Shown: in pieces, positions 40,320-53,700 of the stretch
How positions within the stretch are numbered: position 1 is the stretch's first letter
Layout: every line of letters begins with the position of its first letter
Assembly (NCBI RefSeq): GCF_006345805.1
Contig: NC_043014.1
Coordinates: 28,706,001 to 28,770,000, forward strand
Length of the DNA: 64,000 nucleotides
Source of the DNA: Octopus sinensis
Lineage: Eukaryota
Direction of reading: 5' to 3'
Translations under genes and position numbers: made by a program
Notes under the pieces: generated by a model
Seen by the model: the letters and a program-made list of their open reading frames with translations, nothing else
Told to the model about the DNA's origin: nothing
Databases searched by the model: none

Positions 40320-41050
40320 TTTTGTTTTTTCTTGAATAGAGTATTTTGCTGGGTACCATGCTGATTTTACTGTTTTTGCCTCGCGATCCAAAAGCTAGAA
40401 CTCCTCCACTATATATATATATTTAGAAAGAGCTTTTGTTCCAGCATTGTCTTTGTAGTTTGACTGAAAATTTTCATAGACTGTTTGCGTCTCAAAGGAA
40501 TCAATGATGATCGGGAGACTAACTTTCGTTATACGAACTGAGTCATCGTTTGTTTACATCAACAGCAGCGAAAAATAGATTTTCACTAGTTTGTGGTTTT
40601 GATTTTCAGTCTTTAAGTTAAATATATATCTAAGTGATTCTGTATGCCAGGATTTTATAGTATAATTCATAAAAATGCATGAAGTATACCGAAATTATTA
40701 TTTACAGTTTACATTACTGGGTATTTTTTTAATGTGGATAGCGAAATTGTCTTCCGATAATTAAATTATTAACTCAGATTTAGTGGTGGACAGCTCGTTT
40801 TCTTGAGCTCGTAGAGCTAAACAGTATTAATATAATTTGTAAATTCAGTAATATCTAAATCTAGCTCTTAGGAGAAAATCACGATTAGTTCTGCCGTAAG
40901 ATCACAATTTGTCATGTCATGGTTTTTGGCGAGTTATCTGAATCCTATTCGAGAAAGGCTTTTGAATATGCTCTTGCGATAGCATCAAGCGAGGTATTCA
41001 GGTTATTTCAGCAAATTGTCGTATTACCTGTTTTAGAAACGTGTAAGAAT
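40320..41050 (-). mobile_element. Possible highly decayed R4-like 3' fragment
   Basis: Traces of PIII(GAL) and (LL)GTAKIL-type motifs on the minus strand; weak. Confidence 0.3.
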
Positions 41051-42421
41051 AGTAGGACGTTATGAATATATAGATATAATAATTGGGTAGGTAGTTTTTC
41101 AACCTTACAGCATATGAGCTGTAATATCATTCTGTCACTGGGTTCGCTTTTTCGTCAAAGCAAGTCGACTAACTTTAGAAGATATGAAAATGATAAAGTA
41201 AAATGTTTTCGAGGTGAGGATTAAATTACACATCCTGCTGCAACGGTAGTGTACTGCATGCAGTGTATTGTGAAATGAACCTCTGGTCATCTAAGTAATA
41301 ATGTCAAAGCGATTGCTCTTCATTGTTTTTCTTCCCGACCGATAGATAAATTATCATTTTTTAAATATATTAACGATATACCACCAAACTTAGGGCTTTG
41401 TCATTAGAGCTTTGTTCTAATAAAGAAATGAATAACTCAAAGTAACCTGACATAAAGTAAAAGAAACTGAATGATTGCATGCTTCGTTGTATCATAAATA
41501 TAATAAGAAAACAAGCGGTAGACTTCATGAGGGTTTTAGATAAATGTGGCAGGATTTGGAATCTATACAAAAGAATGCATTGCAAATACAAATATAATTA
41601 CTGTAATTCGAAGTGGCTCAACATGAGTAAATTGAAAGTTCATCCAATAAAAATTTGAAGTAAGATCTTTAATCGATCGCCGAAAAAAAGCCAGTTGATA
41701 TTTCGTGTAGAACCCTTCATCAAAGAATTTTACAAGCGGCCTCAGCAGAGTAACATAACCATAAATATGTAATTAAAGAGGATGATTACATAAGAAGAGC
41801 AATGAGTTTTGTGATTTCCCAAATGCATTTGTGACGTAAGGAAAATAGATGCAACTGGAAACTAAAAATGTTACAATCACTCAATTTGATAAGAGTATAC
41901 TACCGTGTTTCGGAGCAAGGTGACTGTATATCTACAAAATATCCCATTGAGTGAGGATTTTCTTTTATTTGTTAACGTGTATACGTGGATTTGTAGATGT
42001 ATCCAACATGCCAAACTATCTAAACTTATATTGCTCCACAAAGACTGATCAAAGGATTTAAATCCCTCGTTAAGAAAATCGTTTCTGAGTTCTGAATTAA
42101 TAATCTAATATTCCGCCTAACCTGTCGAAAACAATATGATATCAGAAAAACGCAGATATATTTTGTGCAGTTCAATAAAGGCCAAATCAGCTGGTACTTG
42201 ATTGCTGTAATATTTACGAGAGCACGGTAGCTAACACACGATTTCGTCAGCTGTTCACATTATATAGGCGGTAGCAAAACACCTCTTTTGATATATACGT
42301 GCACAGGCGCACGTCCACAAATCCACGTACACATGCTGCAAGTCTTTTGTCCTCATGTTTGACTGTGCACAAAGCACTGATCATTCTTCAAATGAATTAA
42401 TGCATATAAACTCACACAATC

Positions 42422-42465
<44 letters not shown>

Positions 42466-42759
42466 TTATTTTTTAACATATAAACAGTAGTATTTTGTTG
42501 AAGAAACCTGTTAAACAAGTTTATATACACGGTATTCATGCTAATAGAAAACGTATCAAAACATTTTCTGTTTTCTTATTACAATATAATTATTTTATGT
42601 TCCCATTAAACATGCAGACATATTGTTTTGTCAAAATTCATATTCACACGAATCATATCCGATTATATTAAGGATTTTATAAAGATAATGAAATGATTAA
42701 AAAAGAAAAAAGTATATATAAATATATATATATATATAAATCTGTCTTGATTCATCACC

Positions 42760-42900
42760 TGCGATAAATTATAGAACTTAATACAAATGGAAAGTGTTCT
42801 TTAATCCATTATAACTGAAATGCTACGATTTCCAGAACTCCGAGTGGTTTGTTTCCGATCATCAGCTGGTAAACCGAGTTTAGCCTTCTTGTTTTCCATT
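42760..42900 (-). mobile_element. Penelope-like terminal element with a degenerate hammerhead, next to (TA)n
   Basis: CCAG-CTGATGA...ACTCGGAGT-T-CTGG with an extended stem I (42821-42884); the GAAA before stem III is missing; downstream GTATTAAGTTC resembles GTATTGAGTAC. Confidence 0.6.
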
Positions 42901-42981
42901 GAATATCTTTTTAAATCGCACATATAGACACATATACGCGCGCGCACGCATATATGATATGTAATATATGATATATATATA

Positions 42982-43390
42982 TCTTTTACTCTTTTACTTG
43001 TTTCAGTCATTTGACTGTGGCCATGCTGGAGCACCGCCTTTAGTCGAGCAAATCGACACCGGGACTTATTCTTTGTAATCCCAACACTTATTCTATCGGT
43101 TTCTTTTGCCGAACCGCCAAGTGACGGGGACGTAAACACACCAGCATCGGTTGTCAGGCAATGCTAGGGGGACAAACACAGACACACAAACATATACACA
43201 CACACTTATGTATATATACATATATACGACAGGCTTCTTTCAGTTTCCGTCTACCAAATCCACTCACAAGGCATTGGTCGGCCCGGGGCTATAGCAGAAG
43301 ACACTTGCCCAAGATGCCACGCAGTGGGACTGAACCCGGAACCATGTGGTTGGTTAGCAAGCTACTTACCACACAGCCACTCCTGCACCT
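42982..43390 (-). mobile_element. SINE family B, near full length
   Basis: Head GGTGCAGGAGTGGCTGTGTGGTAAGTAGCTTGC...GGTTCAGTCCC (tRNA-like), internal (TA/CA) tract and tail CCAGCATGGCCACAGTCAAATGACTGAAAC. Confidence 0.92.
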
Positions 43391-43646
43391 ATATATATAT
43401 ATATTACACACTTACATGCATTCATGCATTCATAAACAAAATAGTGAGAAAGAGTTAGAAGAGGGAGTATATAAGTTTGGTTACTGCTAAGCTGAACAAT
43501 GTTGTACATTATCGCAAATAATACAAGTCGTTTAAACTAACTTTAAAGACAGTTACCTGGATTCTGAAAGTAAAAAAAAAATTAATAAATAAACTATCAT
43601 TTGTTATTCCAATTCGAAGAGAGCTATTAAAAACTAATTTTACTAT

Positions 43647-43681
43647 TGGCTGTGTGGTAGGAAGCCTGCTTCCCATATAAA

Positions 43682-43760
<79 letters not shown>

Positions 43761-43821
43761 TTATTTATCTATATATATATATATGCCTGTCTGTCTGTCT
43801 GTCTGTCTGTCTGCCTGTCTG

Positions 43822-43878
<57 letters not shown>

Positions 43879-43977
43879 TTATCTATCTATCTACCTACCT
43901 ATCTACATACCTATCTATCTATCTGCCTAACTATCTATTTATCTATCTATCTATCTATCTATCTATCTGTCTCGTTC

Positions 43978-44008
<31 letters not shown>

Positions 44009-44220
44009 GTGTGTTTGTCTTTGTGTTCATGTTTGTTTTCCCTCATCACTGCTCGGCACCCGGTGTTGGTTTGTTTATGTACTCTTCAGCTAGAAGCTCA
44101 ACAAAAGAGAGAGATAGATTAAATACCCGACTTAAAAAAAAAAATTAATAGCCCTGGAGACCGATATTTTCGACTGAAAACTCTTCAAGGTAGCGTCCAA
44201 ATATGGTCGCAATTGAAATT
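43647..44220 (+). mobile_element. Degenerate SINE family B split by a (TATC)n/(TGTC)n array
   Basis: Head GGCTGTGTGGTAGGAAG, array 43678-44008, then a diverged 3' half. Confidence 0.55.
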
Positions 44221-45629
44221 GCTGCTTTACACTAAGTCGAGTTTAATTTTCGCGGTTTGTAGCCTCTGTTTCAACTCAATGGCAAATTGTTAAAATTGGG
44301 CTTTATCCACTCAAATGCTTTCGTTTTCTCGGTGACTTTTATTTATGGCGTAGTAAACATATGGTCAGGTAAATTCTGTAATTTTTTTTTCGATGGTACC
44401 TAAATCTCTCAAATTTTCACTGATCCGAGTCATCGGCAAAGTACCTTACTTGATGGTACTCATAGAATTCATCAAATTTAGCGCAGATATAAGGAACAGC
44501 TTCAAATTTTAACATCTATGTAATTTTCTACATCTCAATCTAATGTTTTACGGGAAAGATGCCTCCCTTTAGAGGACGTGTTGTGCATAAATGAATAAGT
44601 CTTAGAAGAGTTAAATAGAAGGCTGCTCTGCTCACGCATTCCCAGTGAGAGAAAAGCAGGAGCTTCATCTCTTAAATATGGAGTGTTTTTATTACTTGTT
44701 TAATTAGATATGTTCACGTATTTTTGTTTATGTGAATCCATACGTCTCTGCTTTTATGTTTCAATAATTAGTTTCTATTTTCCAATTACTTTCACCAATA
44801 TTACACTTAAGTTTGAAGATGTCTTTTTCAAATTCTGTTCTATTTTCATTTATAAATTATTTACATCGTTTTATATTACTCCCTGCTGCTTGATTTTCAT
44901 TAATTTTCCTCTTTCTTTATATTTTAATTTCTTTATTTTTCTCTTCTTTTTTTTTTACAGTGAATGAGAAATTCTTGGTTTTATTATTCATATTAATGAT
45001 GTGTGGTTTGATTTGAAAACGTCCGGCAACATTAAATCTTGATGACGTAAAAAAAAAAATGGAAGAAAGAAAGCTACTTGCATAACAAGGTCAGTCACTG
45101 TGATAATAATGGCGGTTATAAAATCACGCACACACACACAGAAACATTACTGGAACATAAAATGAAAATTAGGTCAGTGTATTTTTTTTTTTATCGATCT
45201 GTCTGTCTCCTTGCTTGCGTGTCTAGTTCAGCGTGCCCTAAACTTTCTCTGTGATCGAAGCATCCTTTTCTCTTTTCTGGTCTCTGCCGTAGCTTGGCTA
45301 ACAGTCTGTTTGCTTTCTCTGGCAAAACTGACTTCCCGACATGTCTGGCAAAATAATGTCTGTTCTTTGTTTCTTTCCGCCACTTCTTATTCTTTATAAA
45401 ACCCCATTGTCATGATTCTTGTCGTTTACGTCTGTGATTTAACAGGAAAAATTATTGTAGCAGTTGTTGTTTTTGTTGATGCTCTGCTAAAACCAGTTAG
45501 ATTTGTTATGTTTATTTTATTCCAATATCAAGGAAAAGCAGAAATACTTTACACACATATACACACACACACCTTATTTATATGTCTGTCTGTCTGATTA
45601 ACTATCTATATTAATAGATAAATATACAC

Positions 45630-45709
<80 letters not shown>

Positions 45710-46242
45710 CATACATGTACATACACATACATAAATAAATACATACATGTATGTGTGTGTGTGTGTATATATATATATATTCACATTTAGGGGCATATAT
45801 GTATGTTATTAATTGTTATTTTGAATTCCGGAAGAAATACATTTTAACACAGGTATAGTATGAAAGCAGCAGATAACTACCACATCGTGCTATTTACGAA
45901 CTTCCTCTTTTAGAAGAAGAGGGAATAATATATGCATCATATGAGCACTGGCTGCAAGGCTCCAAACTGATATTGTCGACATCAACAACGTCACCTAAAT
46001 GAGCACTAAAGACCATATTCTAAGACTGTCCAATAATATATCGGAGATACATGTGATAATGACATTATCAGCAATAACAGTCAAAGGGGTGCATGCGACA
46101 AGGTACCAGAAACAACATTATTAAAGAATAAGGCAGGGAAAAATACACTCATTTGCACGATTCGTGAGAGGACATTCACTTGAACTTCAGCATTATGCAG
46201 ACTAAAAAGCGAAAGATATATAGCTATATTACTGTAGAGAAC

Positions 46243-46398
46243 AAGGAATATTGGTTTCAAGTTTTGGTACAAGGCCAGGAATTTCGAGGAGGTGGGGGTA
46301 CAGTCGATTATATCGACCCCAGTGTTCAACTGATACTTATTTCATCAACTCTGAAAGGATGAAAGGAGAAGTCGTCCTCGGAGTGATTTAAACTTAGA
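46243..46398 (-). mobile_element. Degenerate SINE family A
   Basis: GTCGATTATATCGACCCCAGTG...AAAGGATGAAAGG. Confidence 0.8.
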
Positions 46399-47210
46399 AA
46401 AAGGGAATATTACTTCCAAAAGAAATGCGTGAGGAAATGTAGAGAAAAGAATTGTGTTTAGACGGATTTTCCAAGTGGCAGGACGAGATTTTGTGGTTGC
46501 TGTTAAAGATTTCATACCACACGTAAACCATGTGACGATGAAGAATTCATCGAGGGCAGCGACAGTAGTAACTTTTTCTTTATTTGGAGGGAGGGACACG
46601 TCCAGAAACGCTCATGCTATTGTTTTATTGTTGAAATAAAAATATTTATTAGTGTCGCAGGTCCCCTGTTCTCTCATTACATTCACGCATGATTATTGCT
46701 GCTTTTCATCGAATACTTAATAGGTGATACAAATGGATATACCAATGACTCAAATCTACTTTTGGTGAATATTTTCTTAAAGTCCGCTTCGTGATATGTG
46801 ATATATTCAAATCCTAAAATAGATTCTTTTATCCTCTTGTGTGTGACATTCATCCTGTCTGGTTTTTACTGCACAGAATTTTTTTTCAGTCAATTATTCC
46901 CGTTTTGATTAAGCTCAGCTCTCGTTGAAATTATCTTGTTTTTGTAGGCTAAATATAACAGAGCTTTTATAGACTATGTAGAGTCTGTATCAATGAAATT
47001 TTCATTTCGGATTCTATTCACAGCCTGTAAGGGCATCCGGTACCACTTTCATTGCTCTCAAGTTTCGCCATATTCTTGTTTGGTCCATATGTTCATGCAT
47101 GTCAATTACAGAACAAGCTCCCATTGGAATCGAAATTAGCTATTATCTTTCTTTTGGTTTATTGAAAACAAAACCCGTTAAATTCTCCTGGAATTCTGTT
47201 CCTTCATTTC

Positions 47211-47242
<32 letters not shown>

Positions 47243-47368
47243 CTTCTTCTTCTTCTTTTTCTTCTTCTTCTTCTTCTTCTTCTTCTTCTCCTCTCTTTTT
47301 CTTGTTGTTGTTATTCTTCTTCTTCTCCCTTTTCTTCGTCTCATTATTATTTTTATTATTATTATTAT

Positions 47369-47510
47369 TGAGTGGGAGAGCAGTGCATGCCATCAAAGTG
47401 ACACTGGGGTAAAATATACGAAGCCCAGTATACCCATCATGACTACCCGTCTGATAAGGGTACACCAGGCACATGCATCACAACCATATGTGCGCGACAT
47501 GGTGATGTCC
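47369..47510 (-). mobile_element. Short non-repetitive insert in (TAT)n, probably the 3' end of a retroelement
   Basis: Complex 142-bp sequence flanked by TAT repeats on both sides, ending in a TAA run on the minus strand. The family assignment is inference. Confidence 0.45.
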
Positions 47511-48236
47511 ATTATTATTATTATTATTAATTGTCATAGCTATCCCCATCACCCTCCTCCTCCTCCTCATCATCATCATCATCATCAACTTTTCTATCAC
47601 TTACATGCTAATTTTCTACTGCACTACTAAGTGCAATATCGTGTTCCTGAACTATATGCAATATTCGCTTTTGGGAATGCAGAATTGAGTTCCCGTGCTA
47701 AACATGCTTTACTTTGTTGTGATATTTGTTTCGTTATTTTTTTTTTTGGTAGTATTTTGGCGTTTTGAATGTTTGCTGTGTAAGATATATGTAATGTGAG
47801 CGATGGTTGTAAAAAAGAGTTACCCTGGCTCAACTCTAAGATGTGTGCTAGGGAATTTGAAGTATTTTGCCTCTGATTTAGATTTCCATAACAAGGCTAT
47901 ACATCAAAAAGTCCAGTCCTTGTTTCAGTGTAGCTATTTGTGTGTCTTAAAAGCCCTGAGACCTATGGCAGGGGACAATGGAAGGATAACAGACATATGG
48001 ATCACGTCTTTCCAGAGGTAACATAGCTTTGCGTAGAGCCAATACCGCTCACTAGAATGAGGTAAATTTACAAAATCTCGATGACGATACAAAACTACAG
48101 TAGATAAAAGCAGTTAATGCCTTATGCTATATTGAAGGCGAAAGGTTTAAGCAAATAAATAACAGGGCTATATTTGGACTGTGTGGGGGAGTAGCCAGAC
48201 TTTTTTATGTTATTCTTCATGCTTTTGTTTATAATA

Positions 48237-48464
48237 TATTTCTTTATTGCCCACAAGGGGCTAAACATAGAGGGGACAAACAAGGACAGACAAACAGATT
48301 AAGTCGATTACATCGACCTCAGTGCGTAACTGGTACTTAATTTATCGACCCTCGAAAGGATGAAAGGCAAAGTCGACCTCGGCGGAAGTTGAACACAGAA
48401 CGTCAAGACAGACGAAATACGGCTACGCATTTCGCCCGGCGTGCTAACGATTCTGCCAGCTCGC
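48237..48464 (-). mobile_element. SINE family A with a perfect 16-bp TSD
   Basis: GCTTTTGTTTATAATA at 48221-48236 and 48463-48478. Confidence 0.95.
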
Positions 48465-48572
48465 TTTTGTTTATAATAGTGTTCCAATTATTACTAGAAC
48501 TGTCTCACTTTCATGTCTCCCACCTGCCTTATTTCCACTTTTATTATTAGGAGTAATATTATTTAGTTATAT

Positions 48573-48744
48573 AGGGCGACGAGTTGGCAGAAGCGTATGC
48601 ACGCCGGGCAAAAATGCTTAACACCATTTCATCCGTCTTTAAGTTGTGAGCTCAAATTCCGCCGAGGTCGATAAAATCAGCACCAGTGGATGTAATCGAT
48701 TTTCCCCTCCCCGAAATTGCTGGCCTTGTGCCAATATTTGAAAC
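48573..48744 (+). mobile_element. SINE family A with an internal deletion
   Basis: Head GGGCGACGAGTTGGCAGAAG; the segment between the two GGTCGA repeats is missing. Confidence 0.85.
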
Positions 48745-49208
48745 AATTTTAAAATTCTCTAACTTTTTCTTATTGCATGCTTTTACTACATTACTGGATA
48801 GTTCTCTACATATTTTTGCACTGGACTTGTAATTCTATTGTATGTAGGGTGTAGTGGCAGTATTTTCCTACACCTGATGTTTAATTTGCATGTTTTTCAT
48901 TTAATAATTCCTTATGCACTCGTCATTGTAGGTGCAGTTTCAGTTTTCAGTCTCCATTCTAGTTAACTCTGCATCCAAATCATTATATTTGAAACATTTT
49001 CCAATTTCTTTTAGAGGTGTATTGTTGTCCGTTCACAACAATAATTCGATTAGCAAGCGTTTTGTCATCGTCGTCTCCTCCTCCGCTACCACCGATGCCA
49101 GCATCACCAGCCCACCACCTCCACCTATTCCTCCCTCCTCTATCACCCCACTCCCAGTCTTCTTCTTCTTCTCCTTCTCCTCCTCCTCCTCCTTCTTCTT
49201 CTTCTTCT

Positions 49209-49252
<44 letters not shown>

Positions 49253-49279
49253 TTACTACTACTATTATAATTATTATTT

Positions 49280-49314
<35 letters not shown>

Positions 49315-49357
49315 CTCCAGGCTAGTAGAACCGTTAAGGCGATGCCTTTCATTCCCC

Positions 49358-49423
49358 ATTTGTTGACTAGTACTTTAGTTTATTGACCTCGAGGTCAATA
49401 AACTAAAGTACTAGTCAACAAAT
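49358..49423. repeat. Perfect 66-bp palindrome with no spacer
   Basis: ATTTGTTGACTAGTACTTTAGTTTATTGACCTC followed by its exact reverse complement. Confidence 0.98.
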
Positions 49424-49696
49424 TACTGAAGTCAATGGCATTGACTAACTCTCAAGGCTAAAAAGTGTAGATAACCCTGTGCCTAAATTTGGAAGCATTA
49501 ATATCATTATCATTATTATTGTTGTTCGTGTCGTTGTTTTCGTTGTTATTATTTGCGTATCACAAACATTCGAATGATGGTTTGTATCGCTGAATAGGTT
49601 CCGGAGATGAAATCCTCTTCAAGTGAATTATATTTTTCTCCATGTAAGGATAGTAAAAGAAGCATTAATAATAAAATGAGTCCATAACACACAATC

Positions 49697-49785
<89 letters not shown>

Positions 49786-49786
<1 letters not shown>

Positions 49787-50126
49787 CCTTTGTGCTATAA
49801 GCATTAGGCCCGAAAGTTTGGAGGAGAAGACTAATCGATTGCATCGTCTCCAGTGCTGCATTAGTAGTTATTTTATCGACTCCGAAAGTATGAAAGGTCA
49901 AGTCGACCTTGGATGAAAGGACTAGATGTGTGGTTTGACTTTAAAACTTTTGGCAACATTGATGACGAAAAAAAAACAACAAAACAAGCAAGAAAGACAG
50001 AAAACTACTCTCAAGTCGACCTTGGAAGGAAGGACTAATCGAATACATCGACCCCAGTGCTCAACTCGTCCTTATATTATCGATCCCGAAAAGATGAAAG
50101 GCAAACTCAACCTTGGCGGAATTTGA
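49786..50126 (-). mobile_element. Two degenerate SINE family A fragments (about 49786-49925 and 50030-50126)
   Basis: TTTTATCGACTCCGAAAGTATGAAAGG and ATCGATCCCGAAAAGATGAAAGGC cores. Confidence 0.75.
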
Positions 50127-50159
50127 TTTCTTCTTCTTCTTCTTCTTCTTCTTCTTCTT

Positions 50160-50190
<31 letters not shown>

Positions 50191-50199
50191 ATGATGATG

Positions 50200-50233
<34 letters not shown>

Positions 50234-50283
50234 TAATAATAATAACACTAACAGTAATAATAATAATAATAATAATAATAATG

Positions 50284-50333
<50 letters not shown>

Positions 50334-51177
50334 TATTATTATTATTATTATTATTATTGCTGTTGTTGTTGTTGTTGTTGTTATTATTATTATTATTAAT
50401 ATTATTGTTATTATTATTATTGCTTGCAACATTAAAACATTGACTTCTATCTACAAGAGACTATGTCATGATATGCCAAACGAAGAGAAACATTACTGTT
50501 ATGAAATCTTTTCAGCTACCTTCACTGTTATGCTTGTGTTCGTTTAGCATAACATATCATTTCAAAGTTCACGGCATATCTTTTGGCCTTTGATGATCAT
50601 ATCAGTGCGATTTGAAGCTAATCATGTTGTCAGAATGTATATATCTATATACTAGCTACTTTCTTTGGGATGTGCTATTTATTAGAAGTGAGGATATAGT
50701 TGGATTAACAGCTTATTAAGTTTACGTAGCTCTTTTATATAGCGAAGATTAATCGCGCTGTCAAATTCTATCTCTAAGTAGCTCCTACTGTCTTTGGGAG
50801 GTACCTTTTAATGGAAGTGGCTAGGACAGAGGGGCTAGTAAGGTTAAGAGATTCGTAAGTTTACATATCTATCTTTTGCATGTACAAGTATTCAAATTGT
50901 GTTCTACACAAGAAAATAACATGATACTTTTTCATTCATTTGTCCACTTGTAGACTAAGCATTGACGGTGTTAAAAAATAGTTGCTTTGCAACCATTTGG
51001 TTCAAGGTTAGATGCCATTGCATAGTGTTTCTTACCAAATTCCTTCTACCATAACCTCGGTGTGAGCAATACCTTGTGAGTTGTAAATTTCAGTATAATA
51101 TAATATATTATATGATATAACATAGCATAATATAATATAATATAATATAATATAATATAAAATAAATTTAATATGTC

Positions 51178-51570
51178 CATGCGTAAAAAGCCTACTTCCC
51201 AACCACATGGTTTAGGATTCAGTCCCACTGCTTGGCACCTTGCACGAATGTCTCCTAGAGTCCCTGGTTGACCAAAGTTTGGAAGGGGATTTGTTAGACG
51301 GAAACTGAGAGAAGCCTGTTGAACACACACACACACGTATATATATATATATACGTGTGTGTATGTGTTTTTTGTGTTTGTGACTCCCATCAAGGCCGGG
51401 CAACCGATGTAGGTTTGCTTATGTGCCCGTATCTTAGCGGGTTGGTGAAAAGAAACTTACCAGACTTAAAAATGTATTGGAGTCGATTTGGTTGAGTAAA
51501 AATATTTTCAAAGCAGCTCTCCATCCCGGCCGTAGTCTAATGATTTAGACAAGTAGAGTTAGAAAGAACG
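51178..51570 (+). mobile_element. Degenerate SINE family B
   Basis: CCCAACCACATGG...CAGTCCCACTGC...GACGGAAACTGAGAGAAGCC. Confidence 0.75.
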
Positions 51571-51689
51571 CTTTGCGTTGCTCTTTTGATTCTAAAACCA
51601 CGAACTTTGACTCTCGTCATTTCGGAGTCCATAAAATATGGTATCAGTCAAGAACTGCTGTCTTTGTGCCTAAATTAGAATCCGGCCAC

Positions 51690-52240
51690 TAGGCAGACGG
51701 ACCAGTTTTGCTGCTTGGCTATCGTTAGATCCGGAAGTCCAGGTGAGCCGGACTTAATTTCATTTCAGTAGACGAGATTATGACCAGGGTGAATTGCCTC
51801 ACCCAGAAATGGGCTGAAAGGTAGAGAAGATGTGGTGAATGCCTGTATCGTCTCCGTTGTAATTTACAGTCAAACCATCAGACTCTGTCTGGCCAGACTG
51901 GGAGCATCTGCTATTCGGCATTTTTTTAATAGTAGCATTTCATTTGTCAGGAGGTCCAGGTTTTACCAGCATCCTTTGGAAGACGGGCTCAGCATGGTGT
52001 GGTTTCTAATACGTACTTGCTGCATCACCTGCAGAATTTCATGGTCAGTGAGCAGCTATGGTGTCGATTTTTAAGCACGTTTTTCTGCAGTTCAACTTAA
52101 TGACCTAGCTGTAGGCCTGGGCCAAGAAAAGACCAAAATTGCATGTTTGGTATCCGGAATATCGTCAGTCGCTCATAGCCGTTTAGAGTCGGGCATTGTG
52201 ATAGATGGATTTTCCACTTCAGCAATATGTAGAGGACTGA
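51690..52240 (+). mobile_element. L1/Tx1-clade LINE fragment, RT C-terminal region
   Basis: KGREDVVNACIVSVVIY...VRRSRFYQHPLEDGLSMVW resembles the L1/Tx1 pattern LSLxGR..V..A.I.S...GGLG. Confidence 0.7.
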
Positions 52241-52776
52241 TGCTTGGTAACAGCGATAATTGTTTCGGCATTGACGAGGATAAACTCGTTACCCTGTAAT
52301 TTTCTTACTCTTAACAACAATGTTTAGTTAGATGTGAGGTTGATAGAATTTGATATGCATCACACCCCAGTGGCATGATTGTTTTTTCTGTGTGTTTGCA
52401 GGGTAGAAGCAAACATGTAGGACTTAAGTCTTACTCTTTAGCAAGCTATTTTCCGAAATTGCCAGTAAATTTGACATTAAAACAAAATCTGCCAACTCAC
52501 ATTTTACAATCAATCATACATTTTGTTCCTTCAAATGAGAAAACTCTGCAGATAATGATACAATAAATAACGACTAAGGCAACAAATGTTCATATAGATT
52601 AAAGTTAGTATAAACATTTAAAAAATATACAATATGAGAGCAATGTTATAAAACATGTAGAATATGAATAAACATTTGTGGCATGTTAATTTACATGTAA
52701 TAGATATTACAGTATAAAGGTCTAGGAGGATATGAGCAATAATAACAATAACAATAATAACAACAACAACAACACC

Positions 52777-52819
<43 letters not shown>

Positions 52820-52979
52820 GTAATAATAATGATGGCATACACTGCTCTCTCACTCAGTAATAATATATTCTGTATTCTACACATAAACAGTAAGCTACAG
52901 CCCAATAGAGTATATAATACGGGATTAATATTATTAGAGATGACGAAAGTACCTCGTTGTATCAACTACGTAAAAATAT

Positions 52980-53700
52980 TATAAAACAAATAGACCATTA
53001 ATCCTTTTTTTGTAATGTAAACAACTATCAATCATATTTTTAGCATATTTAGAATCATAGTAGGTAACTTGTTTTTGAAAAGATCTAGAATGATGGGGTA
53101 ATATATATATATATATATATATATAGGTATGTAATATGACCTAGGAAAGCAAATAGTTTTAGAGTTATAAAGATTAGCAGAACTGGTTGTTTGGATCATT
53201 TGTTTCACCACCAGCAGCACCACCAGGCTGTCTAACGTCGTGTCTGACAGAGCTCAACTCTAACAAATGCTCTATTGTATCGGATATTCCTCAAACTTTC
53301 GATAATTTGTGAACTTCATTGAATAGCCTTTCAAATGTTCCATAGTTAAGTTTTTCCTCTTTTGATTGGTATCTTCAAAAGAAGACTTGTTTTATACCTT
53401 TCAATTCCTGAAAAATTCAATAACAGCATTCTCTGTGTGCGTAAATAGTTCTAGAAGAGAACTAGCTTTCGCTACAGAGGTAAATTCTATCTTATATCTG
53501 AATAAATCACCAATAGTGGACTACAGTTTTCAAATACACATTATTCCCAATTATTAACATTATCGATTAAATACATTAGGAAGTCATGTCGGATTTTGAA
53601 ATCGAAGTTTTTACAGAACCTTTTCTCAATGATGGACTATCGGGACATAATTACGCTTTTTATGTGTTTTCTACCGTTATTCTAACGTTTCCCGCTCCTG
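52980..53700 (-). mobile_element. Possible decayed CR1-like LINE fragment
   Basis: Traces KGSV...FLMYLID...RAFVR...KQMI in the order expected for the CR1 RT C-terminus; weak. Confidence 0.35.

Larger units (their letters stand above)
47210..50425. repeat. Cluster of compound trinucleotide arrays
   Basis: (TTG/TTC/TAT) 47210-47367, (TTC/TAC/TAG) 49168-49313, (AAT) 49696-49785 and (TTC/AAT/ATT/TTG) 50128-50422. Confidence 0.95.
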
